NCBI GenBank assembly: GCA_964474445.1
Contig: CAYYSJ010000004.1
Coordinates: 64,185-128,184, forward strand
DNA: 64,000 nucleotides
From: an uncultured Gammaproteobacteria bacterium
Lineage (GTDB): Bacteria > Patescibacteriota > Microgenomatia > Levybacterales > UBA12049
Direction of reading: 5' to 3'
Every line of letters starts with the position of its first letter. Within the stretch, counting starts at the first letter, position 1. Position numbers and translations under genes: made by a program. Under the pieces are notes generated by a model, which was not told where the DNA came from, made no database searches, and saw nothing but the letters and a program-made list of their open reading frames with translations. Positions 1 through 9,134 of this stretch are shown here, piece after piece.

Positions 1-88
1 ATCTAGTTAGTAAAATTATAAAAACTAAAACTTCTATTTTCTTCCCTCAAGATTTATCATCTATTATCTTTTATCTATCGTCAAGCCT

Positions 89-745
89 CTATGCTCCCAA
101 CGGATTTGTCGCTGGTTCCACTTGTGTTCCATCACTTGTGGCTTGTGCTACTGGTGTTTGAACCGTTTGAGCTGGCTGTACTAGTGTTTGACCAGTTGCA
201 ACTTCTGTCACAGGTTGGTTAACTTGTGGGACAACTGCTTCTGTTGTTTGTGCTTGGATTACTGTTGAAGAAGTAGGCTGTGGAGGTAATGGTTGTTGTA
301 CTTGGAGTGGTGACATGACAGGCTGTGCTTGTTGTACTGATTGTGTGACAACTGGTTGTTGTAAAGGAACTCCTGCTTCGGGAGTGGTAGAGGGAGATGT
401 GGGTTGTGCAGCGCTTACTTGTTGAGTAGGAGCTTGTACTGGCAGAGGTGATGGTCCTGGGGTAGAGGGAGATGGTTGTGGGGTATTGAATTGGGTTCCA
501 AGAAGGAGTGGCTCCATAGTCTTTTTTACGATAAGGCCAGAGAGCTGGACGAATTGATCGATAAGTGCTTGAGTGACTTCCTGCGGAGATCCAACGACCT
601 CAGTGACCGTTCCATCATTCAATACAGTAAGTCCTTTGACGTTGCGTGCTTTAGAAAGCGTGATGTCCGGACCTAAAATAACTATCTGTTTTTTTATGAC
701 ATCAGTGAGCAATTGTTTGTACTCTTGGGCAGATTGTGGTTGCAT
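89..745 (-). CDS. Hypothetical protein: ~80-aa globular N-terminal domain plus long P/Q/T-rich disordered tail
   Basis: 218-aa ORF; ordered N-terminus (YKQLLTDVIKKQIVILGPDI...) then low-complexity tail; directly downstream of a receiver gene. Confidence 0.75.
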   Translation of the reverse strand: MQPQSAQEYKQLLTDVIKKQIVILGPDITLSKARNVKGLTVLNDGTVTEVVGSPQEVTQALIDQFVQLSGLIVKKTMEPLLLGTQFNTPQPSPSTPGPSPLPVQAPTQQVSAAQPTSPSTTPEAGVPLQQPVVTQSVQQAQPVMSPLQVQQPLPPQPTSSTVIQAQTTEAVVPQVNQPVTEVATGQTLVQPAQTVQTPVAQATSDGTQVEPATNPLGA

Positions 746-786
746 AATTCAGGCTATATTCAGAGAACCAGTACTCTCTTTGAAAT

Positions 787-1239
787 TTAGTTGGTTACTG
801 TCTCTTCTGTTGATTGTTTTGCTATGGGTGCAGGAGGGGCAACATTTTGTGTGGTATGTACAACTGCTTGAGATTCTGCGAGAAGTCCGCTCGCTTTATC
901 ACGTAAATCCTGTGGCGCTATCTGATATTTTAAGATATAGTCTGATGCACCCAATTTCATAGCGTTTTGCACGAGAGTGTCTTGATTAAAGTTGGACAAT
1001 ATTGCAACCGGAATATGTTTTGTATCTGGATCTGCTTTGAGAAGCTGTAATGCTTGGTTACCATTCATGTCAGGAAGTACTTGATCAAGGAAAATAACAT
1101 CAGGGTGTGTCATTTTTGCTTGATTCATCCCATCATTACCAGTTAAAGCTGTTATTACCACAATATTAGGATCCTGCTGGAGGGCTTGCTTAAAAACCTC
1201 TAAGATTGCTTCCTCATCATCGACAAGAAGAACTTTCAT
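787..1239 (-). CDS. Stand-alone response regulator receiver (CheY-like)
   Basis: VLLVDDE, PDVIFLDQVLPDMNG (phospho-Asp), ILSN, YILK motifs; start placed at MKVLLVDD. Confidence 0.92.
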   Translation of the reverse strand: MKVLLVDDEEAILEVFKQALQQDPNIVVITALTGNDGMNQAKMTHPDVIFLDQVLPDMNGNQALQLLKADPDTKHIPVAILSNFNQDTLVQNAMKLGASDYILKYQIAPQDLRDKASGLLAESQAVVHTTQNVAPPAPIAKQSTEETVTN

Positions 1240-1315
1240 ATATTTAGCTACTAAATAAATCATGACAGGAATAGTTACAGTGTGTCAAGTGGTTAGAGAA
1301 TTGCTTCAGATTCTT

Positions 1316-1657
1316 CTATGAAGGATTTTCTCTTGATCTTTGTTGAGCTGCTAGAATTCCATTCATAATTCGCCGTTCTTCATCTCTATTTCTTCTTATT
1401 ACCGACTCTTCATTATCTGTATGAGTATCAAAAACAAGGACCTGCTCGCGATCTCCATAATAGCCACTGTAAAACCGAGCGTCTCCTGGTACATCCCTTG
1501 TGCAATCTCCGTCCATTCCCACTATAAATACTCTTCTTTCTCCCACATAGGGAGCACCAGGTAATGGCCCAGGAAATCTTTGTTCATCTCTTACATGATT
1601 GATATATCGTGGCACTCCACAATAATCACCAATTTTTACTCTTCGTTCAATGGGCAT
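1316..1657 (-). CDS. Hypothetical protein (ORFan)
   Basis: 113-aa ORF filling the gap; no motif recognised. Confidence 0.6.
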   Translation of the reverse strand: MPIERRVKIGDYCGVPRYINHVRDEQRFPGPLPGAPYVGERRVFIVGMDGDCTRDVPGDARFYSGYYGDREQVLVFDTHTDNEESVIRRNRDEERRIMNGILAAQQRSRENPS

Positions 1658-1754
1658 TAGATTGGTTTCTGCAAATTATGGTATTCAAATATTATGATTT
1701 CTCAAGCTCGTGACAATTTGCTTGACAAAAACTAGACAATTACTATTTTGCCTC

Positions 1755-1783
1755 TTGACAAACATACAAGCTCATAGTATAAA
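1755..1783 (+). promoter_or_regulatory. Sigma70-type promoter for the T-box leader
   Basis: TTGACA (1755-1760), 17 nt, TATAAA (1778-1783), just upstream of Stem I. Confidence 0.7.
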
Positions 1784-1795
1784 TGTTGTTACAAA

Positions 1796-2026
1796 CGACA
1801 TTGATGAGGAGCCCATTTGAATGGATCGAGCCTCGGAGTCGGTTCTCGAAGAAATCCTAAGCTGGTTGATGGAAAGTAGAGAACAAAAGAGCTGACACTT
1901 TCTGTCAAGGCATTTACAGAAAGTTTTTTAGTCAAAGGGACTAGTCAGGAAGAAGCGTGGCACCACGGTAAAGTCCGTCGCTTCAGGGCCTCAGTAAGGA
2001 GGCCTCTGAAGGGGCGGATTTTTTTT
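1796..2026 (+). ncRNA. T-box riboswitch (Arg specifier CGA), transcription-attenuation type, miniature Stem I
   Basis: K-turn GAC-AUU-GA-UGAGG/CCUCG-GA-GUC; specifier loop AU-CGA-G; Stem II GUUCUC-GAA...AGUA-GAGAAC; antiterminator GAAGCG-UGGCACC-ACGG/CCGU-CGCUUC; overlapping terminator; argS downstream. Confidence 0.9.
1974..2026 (+). terminator. Intrinsic terminator of the T-box leader
   Basis: UCCGUCGCUUCAGGGCCUC-AGUAAG-GAGGCCUCUGAAGGGGCGGA followed by 8 U. Confidence 0.9.
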
Positions 2027-2053
2027 ATGGGAAAAATCTGCCATAATGCAGGT

Positions 2054-2638
2054 ATGAATACAATTGACATCTTAATCGAAGGCTACGCGAAAATGACAGA
2101 TAGTGGCTGGGAAGCTAGTGGAACAACAACTCTTATTACCACTGACTCTGGTCTAAAAATTATTGCTGACCCAGGGGCAAATAGGGACTTGTTGTTTGAG
2201 CGCTTAAAAGAACGGGGGCTAGGTTTAGAAGATATTGATTATGTTTTTCTTACGCACCATCATTTAGACCATGCAATGACTGTTGGACTTTTCCCACAGG
2301 CGAAAGTAGTTGATCAGGAAGCAATTTATGTGCAGGATAAAGCGCAGGAAGGTCCCAAAATGATCCCTGATACTGATATTACTATATTGCCAACTCCAGG
2401 CCATGAAGTTGGACATGGGATACTTGTTGTACCAACTGCCCAAGGGACAGTTGTGGTGGCAGGAGATAACTTCTGGTGGACAGCAGAGGAGGAGCAAAAG
2501 CTTGATATTAACAAGCAAGATGATTTTGCCGAAGATATGGAAATCTTGAAGGCAAGTCGAAAGCAAGTCCTAGATTTGGCAGATTGGGTGGTTCCAGGGC
2601 ATGGGAAAATATTTGAGAATAAACGAATAGACCGATAA
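2054..2638 (+). CDS. MBL-fold metallo-hydrolase
   Basis: THHHLDH (HxHxDH), TPGH, AGD, VVPGHG; start at MNTIDI after TG-c-CATAAT. Confidence 0.9.
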   Translation: MNTIDILIEGYAKMTDSGWEASGTTTLITTDSGLKIIADPGANRDLLFERLKERGLGLEDIDYVFLTHHHLDHAMTVGLFPQAKVVDQEAIYVQDKAQEGPKMIPDTDITILPTPGHEVGHGILVVPTAQGTVVVAGDNFWWTAEEEQKLDINKQDDFAEDMEILKASRKQVLDLADWVVPGHGKIFENKRIDR

Positions 2639-2644
2639 GAAAAT

Positions 2645-4375
2645 ATGTTGAAAGAAGAATTAACACAAGCAATACAGCAAGTAGTGAAGCAATTAACAGA
2701 AAAGGAGATAATTTTTACTCTTTCTATTCCGAAAGAAAATAAAAATGGAGACTGGACTTCGAATATTGCTTTCCAACTTAGCAAAGATTTAGGCACATCA
2801 CCATTAGAAGCAGCCAATAAAGTTGTAAGTCTCTTGGAAGAAACCGGAAAATTTTCGGGAATTGTAAAAGCAGAGGCTGTTGCTCCTGGCTTTATTAATT
2901 TTTACCTTACAAACACCGAATTAAGCAGATGCATGTCTATTCTGCTAAATGATCCAGAAAAGGTTGGTAGGACGACTAAAATGAAAAATAAAAAGATGAT
3001 GGTTGAATTTGCTCATCCAAATACGCATAAAGAATTGCATATTGGCCACATGCGTACTCTCACAACAGGAGAATCCCTTGCAAGACTTTTCCAGGCAAAT
3101 GGTGCAGAAGTGTTTCGTGCGAATTATCAAGGAGATATTGGTCCTCATGTGGCAAAGGCAATTCATGGTATAGAAAACATGATGGCAGAGCAACAGCTTT
3201 CCCTTGAGGATATAGAGAAGTGGAGTTTTGTTGAAAAAGCTCATTTCTTGGGACAAGGGTATGCGAGGGGAAGTAAAGACTATGAAGAAGGGGCAAAAGA
3301 GGAGATAGACGCACTTAATGTTGCTTTATACAAAAGGGATCCGAAATATCAGGATATCTATCAACGCACCAGAAAGTGGAGTTTGGACTATTATGATGAA
3401 TTTTACACAAGGTTTTATACGAAGTTCGATAAGTTGTTTTTTGAAGGTGACTTAGATGAAGAAGCTGTGAAGATAGTTGCAGACAACATCGGAAAAGTCT
3501 TCCGCAAAGATCCAGATGGGTCAGTCGTTTTTTCTGGAGAGCCGTATGGACTTCATACACGAGTCTTTATTACACAAAAAGGAACCCCTACTTATGAAGG
3601 AAAAGAAGTAGCATTGGGCTTTGCTGAATACAATGCATTTCCATTTGATTTAAAAATCCATGTTGTGGCAAGCGAGCAAACAGGGTACTTCAAGGTAGTT
3701 TTCAAGGCAATGGAGATGATTGATTCTAAGAAGTTTGAAGGTCACGAATACCACCTTCCAATGGGTATGGTGCAACTTGTGGGAAGGAAAATGAGCTCCC
3801 GAACAGGTGATGTTTTAACTGTTGACGAGCTTTTGAATAAGGTCAAAGAAGCTGCTTCTCAACAATTTAGGGAGGATAAGTTAAGCGAAGAAGAAAGAGA
3901 AACCGTGCTTGAGCAAGTCACTATTGGGGCAGTAAAATATTCTATTCTGAAAGGAGGAGTTACCCAGAATGCACTTTTTGATATTGAAAAGTCTGTTAGC
4001 TTGCAGGGTAACTCTGGGCCTTACGTGCAATATACTTATACAAGAACACAAAGTGTGTTAGGAAAAGCAGATAGCCTGGAAACTCAAGCGGCTGATAATT
4101 ACAGCCCAGAAAAGGAAGAGATAGAGATTTTAAGAAAACTCTACCATTTTCCAGAGGTGGTTGAGGAAGCAGCTATAACCTACAGTCCCAATGTAGTGAC
4201 AGAGTATTTGTTTGAATTGTCCCAGTTATTTAACAACTTCTACCAGAGATATCGCATTTTGAATGCTCCAACTGATACAGAAAAAAGTTTTAGATTAGGC
4301 TTGACACAAGCAACAGGCATGGTCATCAGACAAGGTCTCAACCTTCTTGGTATCCAAGCTCCTGCAAAGATGTAA
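2645..4375 (+). CDS. argS: Arginyl-tRNA synthetase
   Basis: EFAHPNTHKELHIGH, KMSSR, GNSGPYVQY, DALR-type C-terminal anticodon-binding domain. Confidence 0.97.
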   Translation: MLKEELTQAIQQVVKQLTEKEIIFTLSIPKENKNGDWTSNIAFQLSKDLGTSPLEAANKVVSLLEETGKFSGIVKAEAVAPGFINFYLTNTELSRCMSILLNDPEKVGRTTKMKNKKMMVEFAHPNTHKELHIGHMRTLTTGESLARLFQANGAEVFRANYQGDIGPHVAKAIHGIENMMAEQQLSLEDIEKWSFVEKAHFLGQGYARGSKDYEEGAKEEIDALNVALYKRDPKYQDIYQRTRKWSLDYYDEFYTRFYTKFDKLFFEGDLDEEAVKIVADNIGKVFRKDPDGSVVFSGEPYGLHTRVFITQKGTPTYEGKEVALGFAEYNAFPFDLKIHVVASEQTGYFKVVFKAMEMIDSKKFEGHEYHLPMGMVQLVGRKMSSRTGDVLTVDELLNKVKEAASQQFREDKLSEEERETVLEQVTIGAVKYSILKGGVTQNALFDIEKSVSLQGNSGPYVQYTYTRTQSVLGKADSLETQAADNYSPEKEEIEILRKLYHFPEVVEEAAITYSPNVVTEYLFELSQLFNNFYQRYRILNAPTDTEKSFRLGLTQATGMVIRQGLNLLGIQAPAKM

Positions 4376-4503
4376 CTTCCCTCGTAATCAAACTTAAAAC
4401 TTATAGTAAAAACAATCTTGAGAGAAGCTCAGGAGCTCTTTTGAGCAAGGACTTTCTCCATCTTGAATCTTTGACAGAACCTGATATACTAAGTAATACT
4501 TTT

Positions 4504-5775
4504 ATGCAGTATAAGCGTACAGTTTTACCAAACGGCCTCAGAATGATTACCGTCCCTATGCCTTCATTTGAAACAGCAACTGTGCTTGTCATGGTTGGGG
4601 CAGGAAGTAGATATGAGACTAAGCTTAACAATGGTATTTCTCATTTTTTAGAGCACATGGCGTTTAAAGGAACACAGAAAAGACCGAATGCCATGGCTAT
4701 TTCATCCTTAATTGATGGGATTGGGGGAGAATTCAATGCGTTTACCTCAAAAGAATACACAGGCTATTACATCAAAGCGCAAAGCAATCACATCGAGCTT
4801 TCTTTAGATTTACTTTCTGATATGCTTAACAACTCAGTTTTTGATGAAAAGGAAATAGAAAAAGAAAAGGGCGTGATTATTGAGGAAATTAATATGTATG
4901 AGGACACTCCTATGCGAAACCTTGGGGACGTCTATGAAAGAGTATTGTACGATGACACGCCTATGGGTTGGGATACTGCAGGAACAAAAGACGTTATTTC
5001 CAAAGTAACTCGAAATGATTTTGTTGAGTATATGAAATCTCTCTATAGTGCTGACAATATGACTGTTATTGTAGCTGGGGGGCTTGATAGTACCAAAGTT
5101 GAAGATATGGTGAAAAAATATTTTGGTGGTATGCCACAATTCCCAATATTGAAGGCATTACCTGTTACTGAAGATCAGAACGAGCCAAATTCTTATGTAA
5201 AAGAAAAAACAACAGAACAAGTTCATTTAGCAATTGGAGTGAGAACTGTTCCATTAGGACATCCTGATGAAGATGCATTGGAAGTATTAGCCAATATTTT
5301 GGGTGGAGGGATGAGTAGTCGCCTTTTCAGTGAAGTAAGAGAAAAAAGAGGCTTAGCATATTATGTACGCATGTCTTCTGATAACTACACTGATTGTGGG
5401 ACACTAGTTGCAACAGCTGGTGTTGATCCAAAACGAGCTCAAGATGCCGTAAGAGTGATTTTAGAAGAGCTTGGAAGAATTAAAGAACCTGGGAATGTTA
5501 CAGAAGAAGAACTGAAGCGTGCAAAAGAGTATATTAATGGTCATTTTGTGATGGATTTAGAAGATTCACGCTCAGTGGCTATCTATTTTGCTCATCAGGA
5601 AATTTTAGAAAATAGAATTTATACACCAGTTGAAAATATTGAAAAGATCAATAAGGTAAGTCTTGCTGATATTGAGCGAGTTGCACAGAAATATCTCGCA
5701 GAAAAGACTCTAAATTTCGCTGTGATTGGAAAATTTGATACCCAAAATGTAGAAAATCTCCTAAAATTAGCGTAA
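4504..5775 (+). CDS. M16 family zinc peptidase (pitrilysin/MPP-like)
   Basis: Inverted zinc motif HFLEH, NAFTS, GGGMSSRLF.EVREKRGLAY; start at MQYKRT. Confidence 0.95.
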   Translation: MQYKRTVLPNGLRMITVPMPSFETATVLVMVGAGSRYETKLNNGISHFLEHMAFKGTQKRPNAMAISSLIDGIGGEFNAFTSKEYTGYYIKAQSNHIELSLDLLSDMLNNSVFDEKEIEKEKGVIIEEINMYEDTPMRNLGDVYERVLYDDTPMGWDTAGTKDVISKVTRNDFVEYMKSLYSADNMTVIVAGGLDSTKVEDMVKKYFGGMPQFPILKALPVTEDQNEPNSYVKEKTTEQVHLAIGVRTVPLGHPDEDALEVLANILGGGMSSRLFSEVREKRGLAYYVRMSSDNYTDCGTLVATAGVDPKRAQDAVRVILEELGRIKEPGNVTEEELKRAKEYINGHFVMDLEDSRSVAIYFAHQEILENRIYTPVENIEKINKVSLADIERVAQKYLAEKTLNFAVIGKFDTQNVENLLKLA

Positions 5776-5869
5776 CTCCATAGTCATCTTTAGAAATCCT
5801 ATTGCAAAGACTATCTATTGAAGATACAATGGAGTAGTTATAAGCTAGTAGTCTTTAATAACTAAACAT

Positions 5870-6334
5870 ATGGAACAAACAGTTGTTTTGGTAAAACCGG
5901 ATGGTGTGCAGCGGGGACTTATTGGTGAAATCATCCACAGATTTGAACGAAAAGGACTTCACTTAGTTGCTCTCAAAATGGTGAATCTCTCGACAGAACT
6001 TCTTGAAGAGTGGTATGCACACCATAAAGATAAGCCTTTTTTCCCAGCACTTAAAGGATATATGCAGTCTTATCCGGTCGTTGCAATGGTATGGGAAGGA
6101 ATGGATGTTGCAGTAACAGTTCGTACTATGATTGGTATCACTAAGGCTCGTGATGCAGCTCCTGGTACAATTCGAGGTGACTTTGGCATGTCTCAACAAT
6201 ACAATTTAATTCATGCATCTGAATCAGCCGAAGCAGCACGAAAAGAAGTGGCTTTACTTTTCAATGAGAGTGATATTTTCCCCTGGCACAAGTTAGATAA
6301 ATCTCAAATCTACTCCGAAGAAGAATTAGCATAG
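5870..6334 (+). CDS. ndk: Nucleoside diphosphate kinase
   Basis: LVKPDGVQRGL, PGTIRGDF, NLIHAS catalytic His; TTGCAA-17-TACAAT promoter upstream. Confidence 0.97.
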   Translation: MEQTVVLVKPDGVQRGLIGEIIHRFERKGLHLVALKMVNLSTELLEEWYAHHKDKPFFPALKGYMQSYPVVAMVWEGMDVAVTVRTMIGITKARDAAPGTIRGDFGMSQQYNLIHASESAEAARKEVALLFNESDIFPWHKLDKSQIYSEEELA

Positions 6335-6345
6335 TTCTCCAAGAT

Positions 6346-6374
6346 TTGACAGAAACCTATTTTGATCCTATAAT
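6346..6374 (+). promoter_or_regulatory. Consensus sigma70 promoter, near-leaderless
   Basis: TTGACA-17-TATAAT, 8 nt before ATG 6383. Confidence 0.85.
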
Positions 6375-6382
6375 ATCTCTAT

Positions 6383-7057
6383 ATGGTAATGAGATATGAG
6401 CTTTTGAGAGGTAGACCTCAATTTGCAACTCCTGACACGAGATATTGGGCTATGCCTGCAGATGAAAGATTAAGGGCGGTAATGAACCAAGTTCGAATAG
6501 ATATCCCACCCCACTTTAAGTTAGGAGACAGTGGTAAATTAAAAGGGAGAATAAAAGATTGGTTAGAATGGCCAGAAGCTTATAAGTTAGGAGAAGAAGA
6601 AACTAAGAGAAGACAACAACGCATTGCAGAAGAAGTTAGTGCTCTTTTGCCGCGAACTGACAGATTGGCATGGTTAGATCTGGAGAGTGATTACCCAAGT
6701 CTCACCATTGATGGCAATGTCCCTGCTAATATGCGAAAAGCTGATTTTATCTTATCATTCTTTGATGCTGGAAATCCTGGACTTTTAGCAAAGCTTACGT
6801 CACGCGATTTTGATGCATTTATGAATTGGGCTGCATCAGATAGACTTCCATATTGTTTAACTTCAGAGAATGAAATGGAAAGAGCTTATACTAATAAAAT
6901 TCCCTTGGGCCAAACAACTCACCAGTCAGCTGCTCGAGAAGAAGTTTACGACTATCTTCGTGAAGTTGGCTCGAGAACAGGTATAAGGAGAAGAACAGCA
7001 CGTTTTAATATGAAACAGTTAGAAAAACGATTATACCAAAAATATCCTCGGGGCTAA
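6383..7057 (+). CDS. Hypothetical protein (ORFan)
   Basis: 224-aa ORF with a perfect promoter directly upstream. Confidence 0.75.
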   Translation: MVMRYELLRGRPQFATPDTRYWAMPADERLRAVMNQVRIDIPPHFKLGDSGKLKGRIKDWLEWPEAYKLGEEETKRRQQRIAEEVSALLPRTDRLAWLDLESDYPSLTIDGNVPANMRKADFILSFFDAGNPGLLAKLTSRDFDAFMNWAASDRLPYCLTSENEMERAYTNKIPLGQTTHQSAAREEVYDYLREVGSRTGIRRRTARFNMKQLEKRLYQKYPRG

Positions 7058-7106
7058 CCAAATCCGACAAAGAACTCTGATAATTCACATTCTAGTCCTT
7101 CTCTAA

Positions 7107-7328
7107 TCATGAATTTCCCTCAACCCAATTTAGTACAGCAGATTTAGTATGATCGTCTCCGGGCTCTACTAAGTTTATTTTTCTTCGAGCATTGTCACTT
7201 GCAACAATCCTACCATAAGCTGCCTGACTTTCGCTTTCTCTTTGCTTTTTGCGGTTTCTGTTGTTCTTCCTGGAATTGGTGCACATTCTAGTCCTCTTAC
7301 AAGTCTCATCTGTCGACCAAGAAGGCAT
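7107..7328 (-). CDS. Possible small hypothetical protein
   Basis: 73-aa ORF only; start uncertain. Confidence 0.3.
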   Translation of the reverse strand: MPSWSTDETCKRTRMCTNSRKNNRNRKKQRESESQAAYGRIVASDNARRKINLVEPGDDHTKSAVLNWVEGNS

Positions 7329-7443
7329 GGGTCAAGGTATTAGGGATATGAATGAGAGCAATAGTCCTTTGCCCTCCGTAGCAGAGAGCATGGTGCAGAA
7401 GAGATTGCAGGAGTTTTCAAAGATAGGCGAATAGATCCTATGG

Positions 7444-7674
7444 CTATGCACTTTGGGGATGATTTGGTGTAGGAAAAGAGAGAATTGTTCCTCTTTGTGT
7501 CTGAAGAGGTTTTTGCTTTTGTCTTTCTGCTATTTGAAGAATATTGGCTGCAACTTTCGCAGCGGCTGCTTCCCGAAGAGTGGAGTTATTAACTGCCATT
7601 CTCTGTTCACGAGTTGGAAAATCAGAACCAATCGCCTCAAGATCTATATCTCCAAAAATTCGTTCTATTACCAT
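7444..7674 (-). CDS. Small hypothetical protein
   Basis: 76 aa; minus-strand TTGACA-17-TATAAT 8 nt upstream of ATG. Confidence 0.75.
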   Translation of the reverse strand: MVIERIFGDIDLEAIGSDFPTREQRMAVNNSTLREAAAAKVAANILQIAERQKQKPLQTQRGTILSFPTPNHPQSA

Positions 7675-7747
7675 AGAGGGGTATTATACCGGTGAGGTAT
7701 ATTATTGTCAAAGTGATATATAATGTTTTGCTATAAGGGGTCATTTT

Positions 7748-8260
7748 TTACTCTTTTTTGAGGCTGTTGTACATCCACCAAGCAGTATCAAACATCAGAA
7801 AGTCGATAAGCTCTGAGAGAAGACAGTATTGACAGAAAGCATGTAGGACAAAAACTTGGAGGTATACAAGAAAAAGTCCGACTGCCAATCCCGAAAGACA
7901 GAGGACAAAAAGAAGAGTTGACAGCAATTGCGCTTGTGGGGACCTTCTTAACTTTTCTTCTTTATGTTCAGGATTGCCCGAAAAATAAGATGTAATAAAG
8001 AGCGCTGTTAGTCCAATAACAGCAAGATAGAATGCTGCACCATACAATGATAAAGGGAAGGGTCCCACACTTGAGTATTGACTGGTAAGTACTACTTCGC
8101 ATCCTCCTATTGTGCATGGAGGAATAAGATTTTTGTAGTGAACAATCGTAAGATATACTGCATCTAAAAAACCAAGAAATGTGAGACCTAAGAGAAGATA
8201 AGGGAGATATTGAGTTGGAAGGGGAGAACGGAAAAATTTTTTTAAAGAATACCCTTGCAT
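7748..8260 (-). CDS. Vitamin K epoxide reductase family protein (DsbB analogue)
   Basis: CTIGGCEVVLTSQYS loop cysteines, FCQYC redox motif, TM helices; downstream of DsbA. Confidence 0.92.
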   Translation of the reverse strand: MQGYSLKKFFRSPLPTQYLPYLLLGLTFLGFLDAVYLTIVHYKNLIPPCTIGGCEVVLTSQYSSVGPFPLSLYGAAFYLAVIGLTALFITSYFSGNPEHKEEKLRRSPQAQLLSTLLFVLCLSGLAVGLFLVYLQVFVLHAFCQYCLLSELIDFLMFDTAWWMYNSLKKE

Positions 8261-8304
8261 AAATCAGTAACTAGCGATTATGTGATAGATAGAGCAAAAT
8301 CAAT

Positions 8305-9045
8305 CTATTGCCTCATCTGTTTATCTATCAAATCTTTAAATGGTTGGTAGCCTTGAGGATTTTCAATAAATTTGCCATTAATGAAGAATGATGGTGTTCC
8401 TTGGAGGCCCATATTCAGTGCTGTTTGGTATGCGTTCTCAACAAATTTTGACGCAGCATTAGAAGTATAGTCTTTTCTGAATTGGTCAACATTTAGCCCC
8501 AAGGTTTTTGCGTAGTCAGTAAAAGTATCTGTAGGGTCAGAAAGTCCCGCCCACGCATCCTGGTTTTGGAAAAGCGTATCATGCATTTCCCAGAATTTAC
8601 CTTGAAGCGCGGCTGCATATGCTGCACGAGCAGAGGACTCAGCGTTCTTATGAACATTCTCAAGAGGGAAAAACCTGTAAACAAAATGGAGTCTATCACC
8701 ATAGTCTTTTTGTAGTTGCTTTACAACTGGATAGTATGCTTTACAGGCAGGGCACTGAAAGTCTGCATATTCAACAAGAGTGACATTTCCGGAAGGAGAA
8801 CCTGTCTGGAAATCAGATGTTGTAACCTTTGGCATAGTAATGGATGGGGTTGGAGAAGAGGAAGGCTGTGTTGAAGCTGCATAAATTCCCCATACACCAA
8901 TCACTAAGAAAAGGGCAATACCTGCCCAGAGTGCAATTTTCTTGAAAAGTGAATTTCTTTTTTCTTTATCTAACTGTTTTTCCCATTCTGTACGTTCTTC
9001 TTTACGAAGTTGTTTTTTCTCTTCTTTTGTTAATTTGGGCTCCAT
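8305..9045 (-). CDS. Membrane-anchored DsbA/BdbD-like thiol-disulfide oxidoreductase
   Basis: EYADFQCPAC, GTPSFFING (cis-Pro), N-terminal TM. Confidence 0.93.
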   Translation of the reverse strand: MEPKLTKEEKKQLRKEERTEWEKQLDKEKRNSLFKKIALWAGIALFLVIGVWGIYAASTQPSSSPTPSITMPKVTTSDFQTGSPSGNVTLVEYADFQCPACKAYYPVVKQLQKDYGDRLHFVYRFFPLENVHKNAESSARAAYAAALQGKFWEMHDTLFQNQDAWAGLSDPTDTFTDYAKTLGLNVDQFRKDYTSNAASKFVENAYQTALNMGLQGTPSFFINGKFIENPQGYQPFKDLIDKQMRQ

Positions 9046-9134
9046 GTCTTTATGTTCTCAAAATGAAAGAGAAAATACAAGGGAGAGTAGAATTTCTTTT
9101 TGCATGATTGGTAAAAATTGGGTAATATAAGTAT

